From contig NC_058368.1 in the NCBI RefSeq assembly GCF_018350175.1, forward strand, positions 193,690,001-193,754,000: a stretch of 64,000 nt of DNA, written 5' to 3'. A program made the translations under genes and the position numbers. The DNA comes from Felis catus. Taxonomy: Eukaryota. The notes beneath the pieces are model-generated. The model was not told the origin of the DNA and did not search any database. It saw nothing but the letters and a program-made list of their open reading frames with translations. Positions 50,673 to 64,000 of the stretch are shown here, piece by piece. Each line of letters opens with the position of its first letter. The stretch's first letter is position 1.

Positions 50673-51999
50673 CCACCCGACCCTCCACCTATTCATAGTT
50701 TAATCTTCATATTTGTTTCTCTGCTACCTTTCTGTCTAAAATATGCTATTTATTTCATGGTATTGTTGACTTAAATAAATAGCTTCCATACTTAGGAAAG
50801 AGATCTTTACCTAGTGAGCCTTTGAGCTGTTCAGGATCATCATGGACCTACCATCCTTTCTTGCTGGGACTTGGATTCCTCACATCCCCTGCTCATGACT
50901 TTTGGCCAGTACCAATCCATTTCTTCCCTCTTTCTCAAGGTTTGGGGTACATGTAAAGTGGCCTTGATTTTACAGAAAGTCTGTGACCTATAAATAATGG
51001 AGTTTATCCCTAAATCATATATCACAGAAGCAATATGGTGTGAATAACAAAGGGCCGTCTGAGGAGAGATGATGAGATGATCATCTTCCAGCTGAGATGA
51101 TCATACAAGCATAGGGAGGAGGTAAAACTTTCACTGACTCTCAAAAGGTGCATTGAAATTAGATATTTAAAGAGGCAGAGAAAACAGCCTTCTTGGCAGA
51201 TGGAAAAAAATATGAGTAGTCATCAAATTAGGTGAATATCGGTCATACATTGAGAATGGTAAATACTTAGTTTGGGTGAAATTTGGAAAGAATTTGAGTA
51301 ATGATATAAAGAGAAAAGACTAGAATTAAGTCATGAATCGCCTTAAGTACCAAACGAAGACATTTGAATTTTACCCTTAAATCACTGGGAACTATTGGAA
51401 GCTTCAGAAGAAGGAAATTACATGGTAAAACTGCCCCTTAAGACGTTGCAAGATTGATGGGCTACCACAGGGAATACGCTACCAAAGGAGAAACCAGAGA
51501 GGAGACTGTTGCAATGAAAGCTGGGAGGAAAACAACAAAATCTGCTTTTTCATCTTTAACTTAACACCAGTTTGCAACAGAACGATGCGTCCCTGAAGTA
51601 TCAAAAGCAGCAGTATGTTCATTCTTTTGGAGCCTTGAAATTGGCTTCCTCTTTAAAGGAAACATTTTGAACCCACTGTAAAATCATACATCAACTGGGA
51701 ACCACAGAATTCCCCTGGGACTTTTTAAAGGTCACTTAGAGGCAATAAGAAGGACATAGGTAAACATCAGTGTGAAATTCCCTCAATCTTGATGCACAAC
51801 AAAATAAATGAGTTTTCTGTCCTGTATCTTCCAATCTAATATTGCTTTATAAAGGTGTGTTAGTAGCTTTGTTAATTTATATTGAGTCTAAATGTGCAGA
51901 GTAGGCATAGATCAGAACTGAGGCAATTATTAGGAAAATCCAAACCAAAGTAAAATGTAATGAATTGATTTCTGGAGGAATTCCTAAGTTCAATTTAAT

Positions 52000-53580
52000 G
52001 AACAATCACTTCACACCCTCCATCATTTTCATTGCATACACCTTTCTCCCTGACAATCCCTTTTCTCTTTCTATCTCACTGCCTCTAATGCTGACCCCAT
52101 AACCCTTTAACCCTCCTAGGTCCTTCAATCCATGAGTCTACAAAATTCTCCCTAACTCTCTTTGCCTTGATGCCCTCATTCTCCTCTTTGTCCCTTATCA
52201 GTTGTTATAATCAGTTTCTTGTTTCTTATCTCCCTTTCCATGGCTTGGCAAAACACAGCCTAGTTACATCCAACTTCCCACCTACTCCAGGACACAACTC
52301 TCTCTGTTTTTCTTCCACTTCCCTGACCACTCCTGAATATCCTTTGCTGGTTCCTCCTCACTTAATGACGGGATGGTCATTGTACATACAGTCCACTCTT
52401 TCTATCTCTCCAAGCTTCTTTGTTGCTATCATGCCATCTTGGCTTCAAACACCATCTATGTTCTGATGTATATCTCCACTGAGACTCCCTCTTGATCTTT
52501 ATATCCAATGGTCTACTCAGCGTCTCCACTTGAATATTGTGCTTGTTATTTACCTAATGGCTCTCAGCCCAAAATCTACTCTGAAATTCTGCTTGTTGAT
52601 GTTGGTCAGGGGACACTGTAAACTACATTCTGTAGACTTCCTTGCCATTGACTTCGCTTAGATATTCCCAAATAATGTCTTGAGAGTGAATGGAAGGTAG
52701 GGATAGCAGATCCTTCGGGTACCTTGCCTCATCTGTCCTTGACCCGTCACCTTTTATTTTAGCTGCAGTGTGGGGTACAGTGCCATGCATAATGGCAGTG
52801 TTCTGCCTTGAGGGCTTGTCATTGCCTTTCAGCTTTTACCCCTCAGGGCTTTCTCCCAAGCCAGAGGACTTGGCCTGTCTACAGGTGCAGCACAGAAATT
52901 CAGGTGAAATAACGACCCCTGCAGGAAACTCTCAACCAATAGAATTGGGTAAATACTCAAGCCTCCTGGCCTTCATATAATAAATTCTAGGAGGAATTCT
53001 GAATATTTCTCAAAGAAAGAATCCAATACCTATTGCCTAAAATCAACAACCTTTACAATGCATCCATTTTTGGCTTTTTTAAAAAATTCCTTTCCCATCT
53101 CATTTTTCCTACTTCCTCATGCCTGCTTCCTGAGGTCATCTTCTAAATAAATTATTTGTATCCAAGGCCTTGTGCTTTACTTTCAAGGGAGCTTAGATTC
53201 TGGGAGCAGGAGGGTTTGAAGAGGCTACCTTTCGCTGTTTTTGTTGTTTGTTTGTTTGTTTGTTTGTTTTATTTTCCCCTAGTTCCCTCAGGGTTATTCT
53301 ACAGTGACAGCAATTGATTTACCCTTTGGCTTCTTTCAGCACTGCTAGACCATCTTTAATCTATTTTTTTCTTTTTTTTTTTTTTTAACAGCACTTCTCA
53401 CCTTCTAATATGCCATTTGATTTGCTTATTTGGTATGTTTGCTGATTGTGGTGTATCTATTCCCCTATTCAAGGATAGGGATCATTGTGAATTTTATTCA
53501 CCAGTGTATTCCAAGTGCCAGAAAGGGTGTCTAAGCACATAGAAAGTACTCACTAAATATTTATTGAATAAGAGAATAAA
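52000..53580 (+). mobile_element. L2 fragment interrupted by an old ERVL LTR (about 52538-53200, LTR33/LTR16-like)
   Basis: Pyrimidine-rich L2 ORF2/3' motifs ending 'tcactaaatatttattgaataagagaat'; internal LTR-like 'cctgcttcctgaggtcatcttctaaataaatta'. Confidence 0.6.
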
Positions 53581-56543
53581 TGGCTTTACCACTTCATTAT
53601 TCATCTGGAGAAAGTTATTTAGCTTCTCAAACTTTTGATACCATTACCTATAAAATGTGACAACTAATAGTACCTTCTTGATAAGATTATTATGCAGGTT
53701 AAATGAGTTCACTGAAGTAAGGGGATTCTCACAGTGCCTGGCACATAGTTTGAGCGTTCATACTTCACCCATGGCTTCATAGAAATTGGATAATGAGACA
53801 CACCATTCATGTATCCTCAGGCAAAAAGTAGCAGCTGGGAAGATAAGTTGCTTAATTGGAGACAATCAACATGGGTTACGCAGACCCTACCCAGCTCTGT
53901 CACCTCCCGTTTCTTCAACTCGGCTCCCTATTACTTAGGAAGACATACTGCCTTCCTGAAACTCAGTTGAGAATTTATAACTAGGAATACTCAAGTTTTT
54001 CATGATTAAAATTGAGCCTTCGATTCACTCTACCTCCAGGAGAAATTGGTTTATAAATAAAGGCTCCACGCCAAGCAGCTAGATAAGAAGTTAATTAATT
54101 GAATGTTCAGTGTGTACTATGGCCAGAAATTCAATGTTTTATAGAAATTTTTTCCCTTGTGATCTAAATTTTTTTTTCCTGCAAACAGCCTTAGACTATT
54201 TCTTCTTTGCTAATATTGTGGAATCACTGAATATTTGAGGTTGTTGACCTTAGAGATACTGGTTCAGCGATGTACACACTGGGGTGGAGGGCAACAACAA
54301 AGAATCAGATATAAATTCAGCTCCCCCCCAAAGGCACAGCTGAATAGAATACAAAATAAGAAATCTGGGGCCGTTAGAGGTGAACTGACTTTCTAAACAT
54401 TATCAAGCAGGTCAGAGGCACAGGTAGGACTAGATGCCTGGTTATCTGACCCCTGGTTGACAACCACCTGTCTGTTTTCTTATCTTTATGGAAAGATCAC
54501 ATGTAGCTCTTAAAAAAATGAAAACTGTACATAATGGGGAAAGTCTGCTTTATCCTTTTAAACAAGTCTTCTTGAGTCTTGCCTTTATTATGCAAGGAGA
54601 AATAGGCTTTCTTCTTCCCCCTCCCTCTCCACTGGGCTTGTTCTCTCTTACATTTTTAAAATGCTGCATAAAGAAGAAAAAAAATCCCCAAATGGACCAC
54701 ATGCTGTCAAGCTCCTGGTGTTGTCAATTGGAGCTGGAGCATTATGTTTCAAAATTTCCTGGATGAAACCCTGCCTTCTACAATGGTGCTTTCAAATTTG
54801 GGAGACTAAATGTTCTCTGGAGAAGGAGGTGGGGTGATAGGAAGCACTAGACAAATGGAATTAGCCAAAATTCAAGAGCCTCTTTGTTAGGAATCATGCC
54901 TTTGCTAACCTGAACTCTTAAGAACCAGACTCTAATTTACAAGTATTTTGGTACTCCACAATCCTGCCCATCAGGGACAGAAAGATAATTTTCCGAGGCA
55001 CATCAGCAGATGGAATTAAGCTGGAGCTGGTGTCCGCTCAGCTGTTTCTATCCAACAGTGAAGCTCTCCAAGCCCTTACTAGAAACAAAAAAGCGTATCA
55101 AGCCTTATAAACTATCATTTTGTACCCAAGGTGAATATCAAATTGTTTCGTAACTTTCTTTTGTGAGGTCTGGGCATGCTAAATTTTAAAAAGTCTCTCC
55201 TATGGGTCATATTCTTTCTTACCTCCATATCTGCATATATGAGGCTCCTACCTGAACACTCACCACCCTTGACCTGCACACCGTCTGCCTGCCCCATGGT
55301 TAAGAGCAGTCCTCCCTTGCTCCAATGCTATGAGAAAAGTGCTGACCCTTTCTAAGTCTTATCTGGAGTGGTCTCTTCCAGAAAATAGAAATGATAACAG
55401 TATCTGATAAGATTGTCATGAGAAATAAATGAGGAATCAACCCATGTAGAACACTTAAAACAGTGTCTGGCACCTGATAAGTGCTCAGTAAAGATAAACC
55501 CTATTATCATTATGAAAGTGCTTGGATTTTGGAGTTAGATGCCCTTGCATCTAATCTGAATCCTGGCTTGGCCACTTACTAGCTATGTAATCCTGAGCAA
55601 GGAACCGAAGTTTTGTTATTTGTAAAAGGTGTGTCCCCATCCTGTCCACCCCCACCATCATCAAATTACACACAGAATGTGATGAAAGGAGCCGCATGCC
55701 CTGCATGTACTTAATATGAGTAATTTTACTTAGTCTTTTAAGTCTCAGCTGGGATGCTACTCTCTCCAGGTCTGAGTTCTCTGCCCCTTGAGTTTCCACG
55801 ACACCCAGAACTTGCTCTTCCGAAGACTGGCCTCACTGTGTCGTAATTTCTGTTTATATGCCTGCTCGCCATCCTAGGCTCTGCGCTTCGCCAAGGTAAG
55901 GAATGTTACCTGGTTTATTCCCTGTTACATCCTAACCAGCCAGAACAAGGCCTGGTACATAGAAGTACATTAAAAGAATGAGAACTTCTGTTTATACCGC
56001 TGTCTTCTCACCCTGCTTTCTCTCTTCTGCTGACTCTAAAGGCATTCATAGATATTTCCTTCAGGGATATGCCAAGAACCAGCAACACATGAGATTGCAG
56101 AGCTCTTTGTTAGCCAACACAGAATTGGAATGTTTTTTTTTTTTTAATTTTGTTGTCAATCATCTAAAAGTCTGATGATTTAATAATCAAAGCCAGATTT
56201 CTAGTTTCTCATGAGAAATTGCAAGCTTTGATAAGACCAAGGCTCATGTCTAAGTTCCATTTACATGTGTTCAAAGTTTCATTCTGCAACAATAGGCTAG
56301 AGCCAAATGGTAGCTTCCCCTTTTCCAGAGTGTTGGTTGAAGTATTCACTCAGCCTGTTGGCACTCATTTTGTGTTCTCCTGGCGGCCTTTATAAGCATT
56401 TGATTTTGAAACCTTCTGCTTTTAAAGTCTCTGCCCTTTGGCTAAGTTGGATAAATGCACTGACATTGGATATAAAGGGAGAAGAGTCAAAAAGTGATAA
56501 AATCCTATGATCGAGAAGACTATTTTTTCTCGTTTTCTTTTTC

Positions 56544-56775
56544 TTCTTCTTTTTTTTTATTTAAAAAAAAATTTTTTTAACGTTTATTTATTTTTGAGAC
56601 AGAGACAGAGCATGAACGGGGGAGGAGCAGAGAGAGAGGGAGACACAGAATCGGAAGCAGGCTCCAGGCTCTGGGCCATCAGCCCAGAGTCCCACGCGGG
56701 GCTCGAACTCACGGACCGTGAGATCGTGACCTGAGCTGAAGTCGGACACTAAACCGACTGAGCCACCAGGCGCCC
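56544..56775 (-). mobile_element. Young felid SINE inserted in an L1 tail
   Basis: TSD CTCGTTTT(C/A)TTTTTC. Confidence 0.95.
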
Positions 56776-56779
56776 CTCG

Positions 56780-57435
56780 TTTTATTTTTCAATAAAAATA
56801 TATTTGGCATATAATATTTTAGAAATTTAAGGTGTACAGCATGTCAATTTGATACATTTATATATTATAACAGCTATTATAGTAATAATTAGCACCTCGG
56901 TCCTGTTAAATATTTATTTATTTTTCTGTTTAGTGGCTGGAACACTTAAAGTTCTAGTCTCTTAGCAAGTTTGATGATTTTAATACAATTTTGTTGTCCA
57001 TATTGGCTATACATGCATTATATCTCTAGAACAAATTTATTACTTGTTGCAAGTTTATACCTTAAATAAGAACTGTATTATCCCCCTGCCACACACACTC
57101 TCTATTTCCTGATAACCACCATTTTATTGCTTTTATGAATTTGTTTTTTTCTTTTTTAGATTCCACATATAAGTGATATCATACAGTCCATGCCTTTCTC
57201 TGACTTCTCTCACTTAGCATAATGTACTCAGGATCCATCCATTTTCTTGTAAATGTCAGAATGCCCTTCTTTCTCATGGCTGAATAATATTCCAGTGTGT
57301 GTGTGTGCGTGTGTGTACACAAAATCTTTATCCATTTGTCCATTGGTGTATACTTAAGTTGTTTCTGTATCTTGGCTACTGTGAATAATGCTACAAGAAA
57401 TATGAGAGTGTATACATCTCTTTGATATCCTGTTT
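56780..57435 (-). mobile_element. L1MA-type 3' end
   Basis: 'tttagattccacatataagtgatatcatacag', 'ggctgaataatattccagtgtg'. Confidence 0.85.
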
Positions 57436-57765
57436 GAAGGGTATTTTTTCTTAACCTAAAAAAATGTTTTCATGTTTTTTAAATAAATATTTACTGAGCT
57501 GTTGTACTCTGGAAGGCAAAGTTGCAGTAAATCTCTAAACATCAAAATGCATCTACTTCCTCTTGGTGCTCTGTGACTTTGAGTGAAGGCATCAGTTGTA
57601 TGGGACAGTATTTTCATTTGAAAATAAGGCCAATACTGTGCCATCACAAACACACCACCACTTAATACAACATAGGTCAGTTTAAGGTAAGTGTTAAGAG
57701 ATATGAATCTGGAACCCAACAGGCTGAGGTTCAAACTGATTTATTAGGAACATGATATGGGACAA

Positions 57766-57971
57766 TTTTTACGTTTTTGTTATTTGTTTATTTTGAGAGA
57801 GAGAAGAGAGAGCAGGGGAGGGGTGGAGAGAGAGGGAGAGAGAATCATAAGCAGGCTCCACACTGTCAGTGCAGAGCTCCATGCAGGGCTTGAACTCATG
57901 AGCCATGAAATCATGACCTGAGCTGAAATCAGGAGTCAGTTGGATACTTAACTGACTGAGCCACCGGACAC
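57766..57971 (-). mobile_element. Carnivore SINE within MIR
   Basis: Flanking TGATATGGG duplication. Confidence 0.9.
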
Positions 57972-59142
57972 TCTGATATGGGGCACTTTTAAAAACTTGT
58001 ATGAATTCAGTTTCCTCTTGGGAAAATTAGGGTAATAATACTACTTGCCTCAATGTGTTATTATAAAGATTAAATGGCATAATTGATCTAAAGAACTTAA
58101 TGCTTTCAGAAAAATAGTAAGTTTTTAAACAATAACTGTTAGTAGCTTTCATAGCAGCAAAAAAGGATTAGTTGCTAAAGACATTATAGAGTAATGAACA
58201 ACAACTTCTGAAGGATAAGCATCCTCTCTACTTTGTAGAAACAATGCTTTTTGAAGTAAACACAATGACTGTTAGAGGACAATAATATTGTATATCCATA
58301 AACGGTTCTCTCTGATCCTTGACTTATGGGAACTAATAGAATAATATTTATAATTATAACAAAACATGGGTGACTGAGAAGCAGGGTTTGTTTATAACTA
58401 ACGTATTGGTATAAGCAGAAGACTCTGATCCTCTCTATAAAAATACACTCCCAGCAAAAATATTTACATAATAATAGAGATAGTGAGTTGTGGAATAAGA
58501 TTACTTGAGTTCAGATTACTTGAATTGTCTCTACTATGTGTGATCTTGGGCAAGTTATTTACATTCTCTGCACTTCAGTTTCCATACGAGTAAAATGGGA
58601 ATAATAATGGACTGTCTTAAAAAATATTTTATGAGCCAAATTAGTTAAAACATAAGATGCTTAGGACAGTGAATAACAAATTGCAAATGCTCGGTAGTTT
58701 TTGGCTATCTTATTCTGTATTTAAGATGAATCTCACCCGAGTTAAGATACAGATATTGCCAGAAAATTATAACACTAATTAATGCACATGAGAATTAGAT
58801 TCTTTCATTTATATTACACTCTTAATTGTTGTTTTGTTATTCTTAATATGCTTTCCTCAAGTGAACCAGACAGAAAAACATTCCTACAGTTATCCTAGAG
58901 TGTGAAATAATGACCCAAATTTAATTTCAACCTAAAAAGTTTCTTTTAATCAATATAGACTATTGTCAATAGAATGAGTTTCCCAGAGGCTGACAAGTCA
59001 TTAGGTATGAAAGCACTTACAGGAAGATAAAATGTAGAGGAACAACATGATTCTTAAGATCCCTACAACCTTTCGATTCCATATCAGGATCTATTGCCAA
59101 CGTAGAAAAAATGATCAGACATTGTATTGTTAGACAATTTTA

Positions 59143-59363
59143 TTAAAAAAATTTTTTTTTAACGTTTATTTATTTTTGAGACAGAGAGAGACAGAGCATG
59201 AACGGGGGAGGGGCAGAGAGAGAGGAAGACACAGAATCGGAAGCAGGCTCCAGGCTCTGAGCCATCAGCCCAGAGCCTGACGCGGGGCTCGAACTCATGG
59301 ACTGCGAGATCGTGACCTGAGCTGAAGTCGGACGCTTAACCAACTGAACCACCCAGGCGCCCC
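59143..59363 (-). mobile_element. Young felid SINE
   Basis: TSD TGTTAGACAATTTTA. Confidence 0.96.
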
Positions 59364-60156
59364 TGTTAGACAATTTTAAATTTTCATGATGAAAATTATA
59401 ATGACCATGTGCTTTTAAGAATATCACCAAACAAGTCTATAGAAACACTGAACATTCATCAATAATATGCACAATAAACACAAAATGTGGAAGACTGGAG
59501 ACAAACCACCAAGAGCTACCAATCCTGTGTGTGTCATATTAGTTTCTGTTCAGAAGGAAGTAATGGAGTGTTGGATGTAACTGGGAACAGGAGAATTCTA
59601 AAACCACAAGTAGGAAATCACTGGAAAGCATGGTAGATTAATTTAAGAAGAACAGAAGACATGAAAGTATTCTTTGCACATTCCAGTTCAAGAATGAGCA
59701 CAAGGGCCTGAGGGTAAGGTCAAAGGGCACCAAAACCTAATGAGCCCCCATAATTCTCAAAACTGCCCAACTGAAGCTCCCTTCTGGGACTGAGGAAAAT
59801 TACTAGGGGTGGAATGCAAATGGATTAGAATAGGTTTAATGGGAACACAAGAAAAAGAAGGTTCAGATAAAATTGGGGAAGAACCATAGAGGAGGGATAT
59901 TTGGAAAATAGAAGGTTATATGGATGTGTATGCTCATTTGTGGGTGCAGGTGCACCTGTGTGCTGAAAAAACATCAGCTCTAGATCAATAAAGCTGCAAA
60001 AACTAATCTTACGTGGAAGTCAACAATAGGAAAATAATTGTGTTCAAATCCCATACAAAATTTTGAGGGTAAAGGAGACAAAGGAGAAGAAAAACATCTC
60101 TACACTCAGCTAAAAGAAATAAAGTGACACAATAATTATAAAAACTACACAAATCA

Positions 60157-60350
60157 TGGAGGGGGACAAAACAGAAGAGACTCATAAATATGGAGAACAA
60201 ACAGAGGGTTACTAGAGTGGACGTGGGAGGACAGATGGGCTAAATGGGTAAGGGGCACTAAGGAATCTACTCCTGAAATCATTGTTGCACTATATGCTAA
60301 CTAATTCGGATGCAAATGTAAAACAATAAATAATAAAACAAGTTAATAAA
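60157..60350 (+). mobile_element. Very short felid L1 3' end
   Basis: 'ggaatctactcctgaaatcattgttgcactatatgctaac'; TSD AAAACTACA(C/T)AAATCA. Confidence 0.88.
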
Positions 60351-60625
60351 AAAACTACATAAATCAGAATAAAAATTTAAAAAATCAGAAATGTGATACA
60401 ATATAGGAAAGACTTATAAGTAAAAAAATTATTTCAGAAATGAAGACTAAACTAGAAGGCATATAAGAACAAATAAATAGAGCAGAGATAGCTTAATGGA
60501 AATTGAAAGTTGAAGAAAATTATGAAAATTTTGAAAAGGATTAAAGAAAAAAAAACTTGAAAGAAAATGGGATATATAGGAGATAAGCAAAGAATATCTA
60601 ACATGGGAACAATATAAGATCTATG

Positions 60626-60850
60626 AGGAGCACCTGGTTGGCTAGTCAGTTAAGTGTCCACGTCTTGATTTCAGCTCAGGTCATAACCTCATGGTTGGTG
60701 AGTTCAAGTCCCTTGTCGGGTTCTGTGCTGACAGCCTGGAGCCTGGAGCCTGCTTCTGACTCTCTTTCTCCCTCTCTCTTCCCCTCCCCCACTTGTGCTT
60801 TGTCTCTCTCTCTTTCTCTCTCTCTCAAAAATAAACATTAAAAGAAATTT
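60626..60850 (+). mobile_element. Felid SINE
   Basis: SINE body with (CT)n and A tail. Confidence 0.9.
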
Positions 60851-62538
60851 TAAAAAGATCTCTGAAGCAATGAAACAGAACAAAAACTAAAAAACTACAT
60901 AGGACATTTTCTTGAAATAAAAGCAAAATTTGAGACTACATATTAAAAAGACACACTGTGAACTTGGGAAATCAACACTGTGACTAACAAGATATCTTAG
61001 TCTTCTTCTAGCTCATCTTGTTTTCTAGTCGTCTACATCTACTGAACTTGACCCCCCCCCCAAAAAAAAAGAAAAGGAAAAAAAAAAAGAAATGAAAAGG
61101 CAATCCTTTGGATACATGTCCACTCATGAAAGAAACTCAAATTTGTTTCAGATTTTCCAATAGAAAAACTTTATGTTAAAAGACAATGGAATAACATTTT
61201 CAAGATTCTCAGAGACTGAAAAGTTAAGGCATAGACTTCATATACAGCCAAACTCACTTTCAAGTATAGAGGTCACAAACATTCTGTTTTGGCCTTAATA
61301 AACTCAGGACACATTGTTTCCATGGAGCTTTGCTTTGAAACGTAATAGCAAATAAATTTTACATAACCAAAATGCCTAGAAAGGCATTTGTATAAAGTCT
61401 TATGGTGAGCATTAAATATGTATTTTTATGGAACTAATAATAAATGATGGTTATAAGGGAGAGAGTATAGTATACTTTGACATTGTAAATACATTATAAC
61501 TCCACAAATGGGGAGAGAATGTTGTGAGTGTATGAAAAATATGTTATTAATTAGAAGTAAAAGAATGGTACTTCTCATTAGATGCTAGACAAAAGTGAAG
61601 GGAGAGAAAGAAGTTACTAGCTAACTCAATATTGCTCATTGTTGAGAACTAATAGAAAATAACTAAAAGGAATAAAAAAGGCCTAGGGGTATTACATAAA
61701 GGTACAGCAGCAAAAGCCCGTAAGTAGTCAACAAAATAAGAATGCACGTTTTCATGAAACAAAAATATATATACAAAGAAAGCAAAATAGATCAGATTAA
61801 AAAAAAAATCTATGCAGGTAAAATACTTATTTCAGCCAAACCTATCAATCACATAAATAAATGTAACTGGACTTACCAACTTATTAAGGCAACAAACAAA
61901 CAAACGAACCAAAACAAAACAAAAAACAATTTTATGACAGATTAGCAAAGGGAAATGTGGCTACATGCAACATACATATCTAAAATAAAGGGACTCAGGG
62001 AAAAATTTGAACTCAGCAAATGCAAATAAAAAAAGAAAGAGAAGATCATGATATTGTTATCCCGGCAGAGCAAAATATAAAGAAAAGGCATCATAGAAAA
62101 AGTAGGAAACCTTATAATGCTAGAGGCTATGATTCATAATGAAGGTGTGCCAGTTATTAGTATTTATATACTTAGTAACACAGCAATATTTTCATTAAGC
62201 AGAAACAAAAAAAGATGCAAAGAGAAATTGACATAGACACACTAATTATAAAAGATTTTTAACATATTTCTCAGTCTAAGACAAATGACACAATCTGAAA
62301 GTGGGTAGGAACTTAAAAGATTTAAAGAACATAGTCAATAGAATAGATCTTAAGATACTGAACTATGAACTCACATACTAGAGAATATATCTTCTTTTCA
62401 AGAGCACATGTAATGTTCACAAAAATTGATCATTTTACAGGCCACAAAGAGAAGCTTAATAAATTCCAAGGAATAGAAATAACATGAAGAACATCCTCTA
62501 GCTCCCATGCACTAAACAAACTATAAAAAAGCAAAACC

Positions 62539-62760
62539 TGGGGCGCCTGGGTGGCGCAGTCGGTTACGTGTCCGACTTCAGCCAGGTCACGATCTCGCGG
62601 TCCGTGAGTTCGAGCCCTGCGTCAGGCTCTGGACTGATGGCTCGGAGCCTGGAGCCTGTTTCCGATTCTGTGTCTCCCTCTCTCTCTGCCCCTCCCCCGT
62701 TCACGCTCTGTCTCTCTCTGTCCCAAAAATAAATAAACGTTGAAAAAAAAATTAAAAAAA
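62539..62760 (+). mobile_element. Very young felid SINE (SINEC_Fc-like)
   Basis: Near-consensus, CpG-rich; TSD AAAAAAGCAAAACC. Confidence 0.96.
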
Positions 62761-62791
62761 AAAAGCAAAACCATGAAGTCCCTTTACCTAG

Positions 62792-62826
<35 letters not shown>

Positions 62827-64000
62827 CCCCTTACTAAAAAAATTCTTGGATCACAGAATTTCTTGAAAATTCACAGTACTGACCACACATGTGCAAAATC
62901 AGAATCTGTGGTACACAGCTAAAATCAGAGAAAATTTGACATTTAACATTAACATTAAAAATTAAGTTCTGAAAGTATATAAGTTAAAGACTAAATTCAA
63001 AAGATAGAAAAGAAAAAGCAAAGCAAAAGAAAACAGAAGAAATTCAGTTAGAAAACTGAGCATGAGTGGGATTAGTAAGTCCAAAGCTGTTTTTTAAAAA
63101 GAAAAAAATAAATATAGACAAACTACCAGCTTACTTAAGTAGGGAACAAAGAAAACATACATGTATATAAAATTAGAAATGACAAAGAAAACATAATCTT
63201 CAAAACACAGGAACTTTAAAGTCATCATAGATGATTTTGCACCACTCTATGCAATTAAGTTTGAAAACCTAAGTGAAATGGGTAATTTTAAAGAAGAATA
63301 TAGCTTATCAAAATTGACCATGGTAAAGACTGAACATCTGCAAAGATCAGACATCCATAGAAGAAATAGAAAAATATTGTTAAGTCATCCAAAGAAAACA
63401 TCATGCCCAGGTTTTTGTTTTGTTTTGTTTTGTTTTGTCTCTCCCCACATGGTAACACTAATAAAGGACTCTAGCCAACTTGAAGAAGTTCTTACTGGCC
63501 AAATATAGGACATTTAAACACAAACAAAGATAATAGCTGCAAATAACCGAACAATATCTTATCTGTGATGATAGCAAAACAAATAAATCCTATCTGGTCA
63601 CCACTGGCAGGTGCTAGTGAATCAACCCATTATTTTGACAACTGGTAAAGAGCCCGTAAGAATGAGGCATTTCTCCTGCCTTTTCTATATGAACCACATC
63701 ACTTGGTATACAAATGGATGGTGATGGCAAACTTCTCTATGTAGAAATATTACAGCTAATAAATGAAGACCATTATTTTGCAATCTGTAATGAATTAAAG
63801 GATCACGTTATATATCATAAAAGTCTGCTAATATCACAAAAAGGCAACCAGACCTTACATGCTTTCTGATACAGTGATATAATATCACTTATGAATTAGT
63901 CTTGCCAAAAAAAAAAAAAAATCGATCCTCAGTCTGAACAAGCCTTTAGATCCAAACAATTTGCCAGAAGCTCAAAGATACAAGCAGCAAGGTACAGACT

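Larger units (their letters stand above)
59400..64000 (+). mobile_element. Old long L1 (L1MC/L1M-like): ORF1, ORF2 remnants and 3'UTR, hosting younger inserts
   Basis: ORF1-like 'agacaatggaataacattttcaagattctcagag', EN-domain 'atatcttcttttcaagagcacatgtaatgttcacaaaaattgatc', L1MC-type 3' 'cttgccaaaaa...cagtctgaacaagcctttagatcc'. Confidence 0.75.

Overview
AT-rich mammalian genomic DNA, almost certainly from a felid: it carries about 22 tRNA-derived carnivore SINEs, several of the young cat-type (SINEC_Fc-like), plus cat-type L1 3' ends. It is dominated by interspersed repeats: SINEs, old and young L1, L2/MIR, hAT/Tigger fossils, ERV1/ERVL/MaLR LTRs and microsatellites. I recognise no intact protein-coding gene, and the supplied ORFs are nearly all repeat-derived or chance. 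Three things stand out. (1) A complete 1080-bp solo LTR (3895-4974, minus strand) with a perfect 6-bp target-site duplication and MMTV-like betaretroviral architecture: long U3, AATAAA just after the TATA box, HRE/kB/CRE-like motifs, an internal splice acceptor and a possible decayed U3 reading frame. (2) A chain of plus-strand exon-like segments in unique DNA (5986 to about 45650) with strong splice sites and partly compatible phases; some carry in-frame stops, suggesting an unidentified gene, unitary pseudogene or lncRNA. (3) A short palindromic element at 11920-11994 resembling ancient Eulor/Crypton-type hairpin repeats. Repeat family names are from memory of consensus sequences, not from a database search, and boundaries of old repeats are approximate.
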